In this document: one piece after another, positions 26,025 through 31,929 of the stretch | Layout: every line of letters begins with the position of its first letter | How positions within the stretch are numbered: position 1 is the stretch's first letter | DNA from: Candidatus Saccharimonadota bacterium | GTDB lineage: Bacteria; Patescibacteriota; Saccharimonadia; Saccharimonadales; UBA4665 | Length of the DNA stretch: 32,000 bases | Direction: 5' to 3' | Assembly (NCBI GenBank): GCA_016700375.1 | Contig: CP065016.1 | Location: forward strand, 120,001-152,000 | Translations under genes and position numbers: made by a program | Notes under the pieces: model-generated | What the model saw: the letters and a program-made list of their open reading frames with translations, nothing else | What the model was told of the DNA's origin: nothing | The model's database searches: none

Positions 26025-26280
26025 AGGTTTACCAAAAATCACTCGTAGTATTATGTGCAACGGGTTGACAGGGGTTTGGGTTTTGTGATACCCTGTTGGG
26101 TACATACAAACATTTCCGCATGGTGATGTGAGGTAGGCCCCGCCAGAGGCGAGGAACCCCCGACCGCCATTTTCTTAATGTCACTGTACAAGACATTAAC
26201 CGCGGATGGGTGAGTATCAATATCAATAACTCTTATAAAAAAGGAGCGTGTGGGTTCATGTGAACCTACGCAACATAACT

Positions 26281-26901
26281 ATGAAGGCACTCATAACGAG
26301 AAAGGTTGGCATGACCAGTACCATCGCTGAAGATGGTACGACTCAGGCTGTAACCCTGCTTTCCGCTAGTCCCTGTGTGATTACACAGGTGAAAACCGAT
26401 GAAACAGACGGGTATACCGCTGTACAAATCGGCTGCGAGGAAGTCAAAGAACACAAAGTAGCAAAACCACAGGCCGGTCATCTCAAGCCAGCCAAACAAA
26501 TTGTGCGTATTATGCGCGAGTTCCGTGTAGCGGAAGTCACCGAAGACCTCAAAGTTGGAGAAACACTCAACGCCGAGGTCTTTTCAGTTGGTGACACGGT
26601 GCATGTAACTGGCACGAGCAAGGGTAAGGGTTGGGCTGGTACTATTCGCCGCCACAACTTCCACCGCGGCCGCAAGACGCATGGTGGCCGTAGCTACCGC
26701 CGCGTTGGTTCTATAGGTTCTATGTACCCTCAACACATTTTGCCCGGCAAAAAGATGGCCGGACACCTCGGTCACGACCAAGTCACTGTACGCAATCTCA
26801 AAATTGCACTTGTCGACGCTGAAAAGGGGTATATCGGTGTTGTGGGAGCTGTACCTGGTCCGCGCAAAGGTATTGTTATAATTCGCGGAGACGAATTATG
26901 A
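26281..26901 (+). CDS. rplC: 50S ribosomal protein L3
   Basis: MKALITRKVGMTSTIAEDGTTQAVTLL.. gives the canonical L3 N-terminus from ATG 26281. In-frame GTGs at 26248 and 26260 lie nearer the SD AAGGAG (26241-26246) and are alternatives. Confidence 0.9.
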   Translation: MKALITRKVGMTSTIAEDGTTQAVTLLSASPCVITQVKTDETDGYTAVQIGCEEVKEHKVAKPQAGHLKPAKQIVRIMREFRVAEVTEDLKVGETLNAEVFSVGDTVHVTGTSKGKGWAGTIRRHNFHRGRKTHGGRSYRRVGSIGSMYPQHILPGKKMAGHLGHDQVTVRNLKIALVDAEKGYIGVVGAVPGPRKGIVIIRGDEL

Positions 26902-27041
26902 AAATGAATAGATTACCCATTACCCTGTCACCTGTCACCTTGGATTATCCTGTAGCCTGTCACCATGGTTATACGTCACAGGTTACACCTACGTCACACG
27001 TCACACGTGACACGCTAATCAGCGATGAAAGGAGCTTCTAA
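26898..27041 (+). CDS. Spacer-spanning mini-ORF C (47 aa) in the rplC-rplD spacer
   Basis: The product is [47 protein letters not shown]. The start overlaps the rplC stop (ATGA, 26898-26901) and the stop overlaps the rplD ATG (TAATG, 27039-27043). The 7-mers are ATTACCCx2, TGTCACCx2, GTCACACx2 and GTGACAC. Confidence 0.5.
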   Translation: MKMNRLPITLSPVTLDYPVACHHGYTSQVTPTSHVTRDTLISDERSF

Positions 27042-27700
27042 TGGCCGTACCAACCTATACTGGTGCTGGCGTAAAAGCCACAACTCCCGCAAAACTCAGT
27101 AAAGAAATCTTTGCAGTGGAAGTAAAAAACCACCAATTACTGAAGCAAGCGTATGAGGCATATCTCGCAAATGGCCGAGACAACCTAGCCGTCACGAAAA
27201 CTCGGGGACTCGTGAGTGGTGGTGGTCGCAAGCCATGGAAACAGAAGGGTACCGGCCGAGCTCGTTTTGGTAGCTCTCGCAACCCAATTTGGCGCGGCGG
27301 TGGCATTGTCTTTGGCCCTACTGGCGAAGAAAACTATACCAAGAAAATTTCTACGACCAGCAAGCGCGTTGCACTGCGGCAGGCCTTAAGCCTTGCAAAT
27401 GCTGGCGGGAAGCTCATTGTTCTTGAAAAGCTTGCCAGCCGTGAAGGCAAAACAGCCGAAATGGCGAAATTACTCACAAAAGTCGGTGTTACTAGAAGCG
27501 CACTCGTTGTTGTTGCTAGTAAGAATGCCGAGCTCGTGAACGCTACCGCGAACTTACAGAATGTCATGCTGGTAAGCGCAAAGTACCTCAATGTGTTCGA
27601 CATTATGAATGCCGACCATATCGTTATGACGAGCGACGCCCTCAAGGTCGTCGAAGAATGGCTGAAGCCAGTTGCTAAGACCGCGAAGGAGGCCAAATAA
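27041..27700 (+). CDS. rplD: 50S ribosomal protein L4
   Basis: The sequence is GGGRKPWKQKGTGRARFGSSRNPIWRGGGIVFGP. Confidence 0.96.
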   Translation: MAVPTYTGAGVKATTPAKLSKEIFAVEVKNHQLLKQAYEAYLANGRDNLAVTKTRGLVSGGGRKPWKQKGTGRARFGSSRNPIWRGGGIVFGPTGEENYTKKISTTSKRVALRQALSLANAGGKLIVLEKLASREGKTAEMAKLLTKVGVTRSALVVVASKNAELVNATANLQNVMLVSAKYLNVFDIMNADHIVMTSDALKVVEEWLKPVAKTAKEAK

Positions 27701-28113
27701 TGCACGTTTTAAAACCACGTTTGAGTGAAAAGGCATTTGGTCTTAGCCAGACAACGAACACGTTTGCTATTGATGTTCCAAGCGAGCTCAACAAGTACGA
27801 AGTTGCCGCTGTTGTTAAGAAGCAATTTGATGTAGAGATTAAGTCTGTTCGACTGGTGAACCGCAAGGGTAAAGTCAAGCGTGTTATGAACACGACTGGC
27901 AAGCGTAGTAGTAACCGAAAGGGTGTTCAGGGCGATGTAAAGAAGGCGTATGTCACGCTCAAAGCGGGCAGTCACCTGCCATTCTTTGCCGCTGCCGAAG
28001 AAGAAATTGCGAAGGCTGCAGCCGATAAAGCCAAAGCCGCTAAAAAAGACGCTGCTCCTGCTAAGAAAGCCGGCGGCCTTAAGAAGCTTGTCGGCAAGAA
28101 GGAGGCAAAGTAA
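27700..28113 (+). CDS. rplW: 50S ribosomal protein L23 (with Lys/Ala-rich C-terminal tail)
   Basis: It has an L23 core (KPRLSEKA..NKYEVAAVVKKQFDVEIKSVRLVN). The start overlaps the rplD stop (TAATG). Confidence 0.93.
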   Translation: MHVLKPRLSEKAFGLSQTTNTFAIDVPSELNKYEVAAVVKKQFDVEIKSVRLVNRKGKVKRVMNTTGKRSSNRKGVQGDVKKAYVTLKAGSHLPFFAAAEEEIAKAAADKAKAAKKDAAPAKKAGGLKKLVGKKEAK

Positions 28114-28114
28114 T

Positions 28115-28228
28115 ATGAATCATGAATCACGAATCATGAATCTAGCATGGGAAGTTATCGGCCGCAAGGCGGCAGGCATGATTCATACTACATACTTCAT
28201 GCTTCCGCGACTGAAAGGAGCTGCATAA
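28115..28228 (+). CDS. Spacer-spanning mini-ORF D (37 aa) in the rplW-rplB spacer
   Basis: The product is MNHESRIMNLAWEVIGRKAAGMIHTTYFMLPRLKGAA*. The ATG lies 1 nt after the rplW TAA, with AAGGAGG in the rplW 3' end. The stop overlaps the rplB ATG (TAATG, 28226-28230). It is a paralog of mini-ORF E. Confidence 0.55.
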   Translation: MNHESRIMNLAWEVIGRKAAGMIHTTYFMLPRLKGAA

Positions 28229-29058
28229 TGGCAATTAAACAATACAATCCGACGACGCCTGGTCGTCGCGGTATGTCTAGCCAAGACTTTGACGCGGTGA
28301 CTACACGTAAGCCACTTCGCTCACTGGTTGTTACCAAGCGCCGAGGCAATGGCCGCAATAACCAAGGTCGCATAACGACTCGTCATCAGGGCGGCGGCGC
28401 ACGCAAGCACTATCGCTTGGTAAACTTTGACTTCAAGGGTGAAGGTGTTGTTGAGCACATAGAGTACGACCCAAACCGGAGCGCACGAATTGCACGTATT
28501 AAAGACGCCAAAGGTGCATACCACTATGTACTCGCTGCGAGCGGTATGAAGCAAGGCCAGAAACTGAGCGCCGATGCCGAAGCAGCTATAGAAATGGGCA
28601 ATCGGTTGCCGCTAGCAAACATTCCGGTTGGTACCACAATTCATGCTTTAGAAATGAAGCCAGGGCGCGGCGCACAAGCAGTTCGCAGTGCTGGCAACAG
28701 CGCTATGCTCATGGCCAAAGAAGGCGATTATGCACAGGTTCGTATGCCAAGTGGTGAGGTTCGCAAGTTCCTCCTCGTATGTACTGCCAGCATTGGTGTG
28801 GTCGGTAACGAACAACACCAGAATGTAAAAATCGGCAAAGCTGGCCGTAGTCGTCACCTTGGCAAGCGCCCAAGTGTCCGTGGCGTTGTGATGAACGCTG
28901 TTGACCACCCGCACGGTGGTGGTGACGGTGGTCGTCACCGTATGGCGAAGGCGCCTCGTACGCCATGGGGTCAAAAGACACTTGGCTACAAAACTCGCCG
29001 CCGTAAAGATACTAGCAATATGATCGTAAGAAGCCGCCACGCGGCCAAGAGGAAATAA
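28228..29058 (+). CDS. rplB: 50S ribosomal protein L2
   Basis: MAIKQYNPTTPGRRGMS.. gives the canonical N-terminus at 28228. The motif ..VMNAVDHPHGGGDG.. is present. Confidence 0.96.
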   Translation: MAIKQYNPTTPGRRGMSSQDFDAVTTRKPLRSLVVTKRRGNGRNNQGRITTRHQGGGARKHYRLVNFDFKGEGVVEHIEYDPNRSARIARIKDAKGAYHYVLAASGMKQGQKLSADAEAAIEMGNRLPLANIPVGTTIHALEMKPGRGAQAVRSAGNSAMLMAKEGDYAQVRMPSGEVRKFLLVCTASIGVVGNEQHQNVKIGKAGRSRHLGKRPSVRGVVMNAVDHPHGGGDGGRHRMAKAPRTPWGQKTLGYKTRRRKDTSNMIVRSRHAAKRK

Positions 29059-29061
29059 GCG

Positions 29062-29406
29062 ATGGCAAGTCCTAACCCCAATAAAACATGTGGAACCTGT
29101 GCTCTCGGCGAACCACAAATCGATACTTTTTTCACATGCGGCAATTACAAACGTGTTCCACAATTTGATTCAACGGACGCTATAAATTGTAACGTTGACA
29201 ACACAAACATCATTAGTTTGGGATGGAGTGTCCCTGGTCTAGAAGGGGTATGGCTAGATAGATACCCAAAGAACGCTAGCTGCGGACCATGCGCTGGTCT
29301 ACTAGCCGCGACGCGCTCTCAGGTTGTATGTCACTTAACAAACATTGCTCTTCGGAAAGAGAACAGTGACTGGTGCGGTCAATGGCAGCCAGAAGGGAGT
29401 TTTTAA
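29062..29406 (+). CDS. Cys-rich 114-aa protein inserted between rplB and rpsS
   Basis: The ATG lies 3 nt after the rplB stop, and the stop TAA abuts the rpsS ATG. There are 8 Cys in two similar modules (C10-x2-C13-x12-C26-x16-C43 and C74-x2-C77-x12-C90-x14-C105). The 3' end carries the rpsS SD (GAAGGGAG). Confidence 0.6.
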   Translation: MASPNPNKTCGTCALGEPQIDTFFTCGNYKRVPQFDSTDAINCNVDNTNIISLGWSVPGLEGVWLDRYPKNASCGPCAGLLAATRSQVVCHLTNIALRKENSDWCGQWQPEGSF

Positions 29407-29679
29407 ATGAGTCGTTCATTAAAGAAGGGGCCGTTTATCGATCCGAAGCTCGCGAAAAAAGTCGTGGCGCTTGGCCCAGAGGATCGCACCATTATCAAAA
29501 CATGGGCCCGTGCTAGCACAATTGCCCCAGAGTTTGTTGGTAAAACATTTGCCGTACACAATGGCAAAGTCCACGTACCGGTTTTTGTTACCGAAAATAT
29601 GGTTGGCCACAAGCTCGGTGAATTTAGCCCAACGAGAAAGTTTAGGTCTCATGGCGGAAAGCTAGCCAAAGGTAAATAG
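29407..29679 (+). CDS. rpsS: 30S ribosomal protein S19
   Basis: The sequence is [39 protein letters not shown]. Confidence 0.96.
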   Translation: MSRSLKKGPFIDPKLAKKVVALGPEDRTIIKTWARASTIAPEFVGKTFAVHNGKVHVPVFVTENMVGHKLGEFSPTRKFRSHGGKLAKGK

Positions 29680-29680
29680 G

Positions 29681-29797
29681 ATGAATAAAGAATCAAGAAT
29701 CATGAATCATGTTAAGGAAATTATCAGCAGCGAAGCTGCTGGCATGATTCATACTTCATACTTCATGATTCAGAAGCCGGAGGATATATGTCTGTAA
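29681..29797 (+). CDS. Spacer-spanning mini-ORF E (38 aa) in the rpsS-rplV spacer
   Basis: The product is MNKESRIMNHVKEIISSEAAGMIHTSYFMIQKPEDICL*. The ATG lies 1 nt after the rpsS TAG. The stop at 29795-29797 lies 7 nt past the rplV ATG at 29788. Confidence 0.5.
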   Translation: MNKESRIMNHVKEIISSEAAGMIHTSYFMIQKPEDICL

Positions 29798-30168
29798 AAG
29801 CAGAATCTAAAGGCGTACGCTTGAGCCCTCGTAAGGTTGCCGCTGTTGCGACGCTTGTACGAGGTCGCACTGTAGCCGATGCTATTGTCATTCTTGAACA
29901 TACACCCCGCCGGGCAGCTCTTTCTGTGCTTAAGACAATCAAGAGTGCTCAAGCAAATGCCGCCCACAACCACAACTACAAAGCCGATACCCTAGTCATT
30001 ACTGAAATTACGGTCAATCATGGCCCACGTATGAAACGATTTCGACCTGCTGCCATGGGGCGCGCGCTGCCATACATGAAGCGGAGCAGCCACATACGAG
30101 TTCTCGTCGATGGTGAACAACGTCCAACCAAAGCTGTTAAACCTGTAGCGAAGGAGACTAAGTCATGA
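29788..30168 (+). CDS. rplV: 50S ribosomal protein L22
   Basis: The sequence is RLSPRKVAAVATLVRGRTVADAIVILEHTPRRAA..ANAAHNH.. Confidence 0.95.
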   Translation: MSVKAESKGVRLSPRKVAAVATLVRGRTVADAIVILEHTPRRAALSVLKTIKSAQANAAHNHNYKADTLVITEITVNHGPRMKRFRPAAMGRALPYMKRSSHIRVLVDGEQRPTKAVKPVAKETKS

Positions 30169-30305
30169 AAATCCTAAGCACTAAGCACGAAATTCTAAAC
30201 AAATTCAAATATTCTAATGTTTCAAATTTTCAAATTTTGGAACTTGTTCATTGTTTAGCATTTAGAAATTCGAATTTTGGATTTACTCCAGAAAGGAGTG
30301 CATGA
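30165..30305 (+). CDS. Spacer-spanning mini-ORF F (46 aa) in the rplV-rpsC spacer
   Basis: The product is MKILSTKHEILNKFKYSNVSNFQILELVHCLAFRNSNFGFTPERSA*. The start overlaps the rplV stop (ATGA, 30165-30168). The stop overlaps the rpsC ATG (TGATG, 30303-30307). Confidence 0.5.
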   Translation: MKILSTKHEILNKFKYSNVSNFQILELVHCLAFRNSNFGFTPERSA

Positions 30306-30934
30306 TGGGTCAGAAAGTTAACCCCATTAGCATGCGCCTGCAAGCCAATAAAGATTGGCGGAGCAAATGGTTTGTCGGCAAACGACAATACGCCGATTAT
30401 CTTGCCCAGGATCTGCAGGTCCGCAAGCTCATTCAGGATAAGTTTGGCTCACGCGGTGCTATTAATAAAGTCGACATAGAGCGTTCGCCTAACCTCGTTA
30501 CCGTTACAATCGCCACAGCAAAAGCTGGCGTGGTCATTGGTCGTGGTGGTCAAGGCGCCCAAGAACTGAAGGCCGCCATAGAAAAGGTATATGGCGTACC
30601 GGCACGTGTAAATATTGAGGAAGTAAAAAAACCTGACCTGTACGCGAAGCTAGTTGCCGAGAACATTGCACATCAGCTAGAGCGACGTATGAGCTTCCGC
30701 CGCGCTATTAAAAGCGCGAGTGCCGCCAGTATGCGTGCCGGAGCAAAAGGTGTCCGAATAGAAGTTGCCGGCCGCCTGAACGGTGCTGAAATGAGCCGCC
30801 GCGAAAAAGAAGCTGTTGGTTCAGTGCCACTACATACCATCCGTGCAGATATTGACTTTGCCTCTGCCCGAGCAAACTGGCCCGGCGCAGGCATTATTGG
30901 TATCAAAGTTTGGATATACAAGGGGGACAAATAA
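30305..30934 (+). CDS. rpsC: 30S ribosomal protein S3
   Basis: MGQKVNPISMRL.. gives the canonical N-terminus from ATG 30305. The ATG at 30302 would add one Met. Confidence 0.95.
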   Translation: MGQKVNPISMRLQANKDWRSKWFVGKRQYADYLAQDLQVRKLIQDKFGSRGAINKVDIERSPNLVTVTIATAKAGVVIGRGGQGAQELKAAIEKVYGVPARVNIEEVKKPDLYAKLVAENIAHQLERRMSFRRAIKSASAASMRAGAKGVRIEVAGRLNGAEMSRREKEAVGSVPLHTIRADIDFASARANWPGAGIIGIKVWIYKGDK

Positions 30935-30935
30935 A

Positions 30936-31082
30936 ATGATTTCATCATTTCAATTATCCTTTGGCCTGTCACCTGTCACATTGGATTATCCTGTCGCAAT
31001 TACCAATTGTTACATGTCACATGTCACGCCAATGTCACAGGTTACAGGTGACATGTTAATCGCGACTGAAAGGAGCTTTTAA
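30936..31082 (+). CDS. Spacer-spanning mini-ORF G (48 aa) in the rpsC-rplP spacer
   Basis: The product is [48 protein letters not shown]. The ATG lies 1 nt after the rpsC TAA, and the stop overlaps the rplP ATG (TAATG, 31080-31084). It is a paralog of mini-ORF C. Arms 30965-30984 and 31029-31048 are complementary at 18 of 20 positions. Confidence 0.55.
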   Translation: MISSFQLSFGLSPVTLDYPVAITNCYMSHVTPMSQVTGDMLIATERSF

Positions 31083-31495
31083 TGTTGCTCCCAAAAAGAA
31101 CTAAATTCCGCAAAGTCCGCAAGGGCAAGATTCGCGGTGTTGCCACAGCTGGCAATTACATTGCCTACGGCGAATACGCTTTGCAAGCACAAGGTCACGA
31201 ACGTATAACGAGCCGACAAATTGAGGCCAGCCGTCAGGCGATGACAAGGTACATTAAGCGCGGTGGAAAAATCTGGATTCGCATTTTCCCGCATACGCCC
31301 GTTACCCGCAAGCCACTGGACGTCAAAATGGGTAGTGGCAAGGGTTCGCCTGAGTTTTTTGTTGCCAAAGTTCGCCCGGGCACCATTATGTTTGAAATGC
31401 AGGGTGTCAGTGAGGAAACTGCAAGAGAAGCTATGCGCCTCGCTGGTCACAAGCTGCCAGTCAAGACAAAATTTGTCGTGAAGGAGGGCGTGTAA
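31082..31495 (+). CDS. rplP: 50S ribosomal protein L16
   Basis: The sequence is [44 protein letters not shown]. Confidence 0.96.
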   Translation: MLLPKRTKFRKVRKGKIRGVATAGNYIAYGEYALQAQGHERITSRQIEASRQAMTRYIKRGGKIWIRIFPHTPVTRKPLDVKMGSGKGSPEFFVAKVRPGTIMFEMQGVSEETAREAMRLAGHKLPVKTKFVVKEGV

Positions 31496-31608
31496 TGAGG
31501 TATAAGCATTCAGCGGAAAGGGGTAAGGGGTTTTCGTCTAGAACCCTTACTACTTACTACTTACTACTTACTACTTCTGAAGTGATGCCCGAAGGGAGGA
31601 ACGTATGA
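31495..31608 (+). CDS. Spacer-spanning mini-ORF H (37 aa) in the rplP-rpmC spacer
   Basis: The product is [37 protein letters not shown]. The start overlaps the rplP stop (TAATG, 31493-31497), and the stop overlaps the rpmC ATG (ATGA, 31605-31608). A (CTTACTA)n array runs about 31546-31576. The hairpin is GTAAGGGGTT..GAACCCTTAC. Confidence 0.5.
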   Translation: MRYKHSAERGKGFSSRTLTTYYLLLTTSEVMPEGRNV

Positions 31609-31805
31609 AAATAGCCGATATTCGTAAGCTTACTACGGCAGAATTGACCAAAGAAACAGTAAAGCTAAAAGATGAAATTGCCGAACTGCGTCGTCATATA
31701 TACATGGGTGATAACCAAAACGTACGAGATGTACGTAACAAGCGCAAAGACCTTGCTCGTATGCTCACCGTTTTAAGCGAAAATTTAGTTAAGGAGACGA
31801 AATAA
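31605..31805 (+). CDS. rpmC: 50S ribosomal protein L29
   Basis: The sequence MKIADIRKLTTAELTKETVKLKDEIAELR.. is L29-like in length and position. Confidence 0.9.
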   Translation: MKIADIRKLTTAELTKETVKLKDEIAELRRHIYMGDNQNVRDVRNKRKDLARMLTVLSENLVKETK

Positions 31806-31927
31806 TGGAAAATCCAAATTCCAAATTCCAAACTCCAAACAAATTCCAGCACTCAAATTCCAACGAAGCTCATTTGGAACTTGGAACTTGGAACTTGGAG
31901 CTTACAGCTCCTGAAAGGAGTCTGTAG
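31805..31927 (+). CDS. Spacer-spanning mini-ORF I (40 aa) in the rpmC-rpsQ spacer
   Basis: The product is MENPNSKFQTPNKFQHSNSNEAHLELGTWNLELTAPERSL*. The start overlaps the rpmC stop (TAATG, 31803-31807). The stop TAG lies 2 nt before the rpsQ ATG. The CCAAATT-type array faces a complementary GAACTTG x3 array. Confidence 0.5.
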   Translation: MENPNSKFQTPNKFQHSNSNEAHLELGTWNLELTAPERSL

Positions 31928-31929
31928 TT

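Noticed and set aside
28147-28227. N-terminal extensions of track ORFs for rplB (28147), rplC (26248), tuf (20312), rpsC (30302), rpoB (3952) and the methyltransferase (24393)
   Set aside because: Canonical N-termini and SD or -10 spacing support the shorter starts. The extensions read through spacer or leader sequence. Alternatives are noted in the feature evidence where they are not excluded.
7448-31920. Short tandem repeats considered as CRISPR arrays
   Set aside because: The units are 7 nt and contiguous, with no repeat-spacer architecture, no unique spacers of 25-40 nt and no cas genes.
7438-31929. Heptamer spacers as assembly or sequencing artefacts, or as neutral microsatellites
   Set aside because: Each spacer has unique internal sequence and precise junctions with both flanking genes. 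Paralogous pairs show compensatory and phase-specific substitutions, which an artefact or neutral slippage would not produce.
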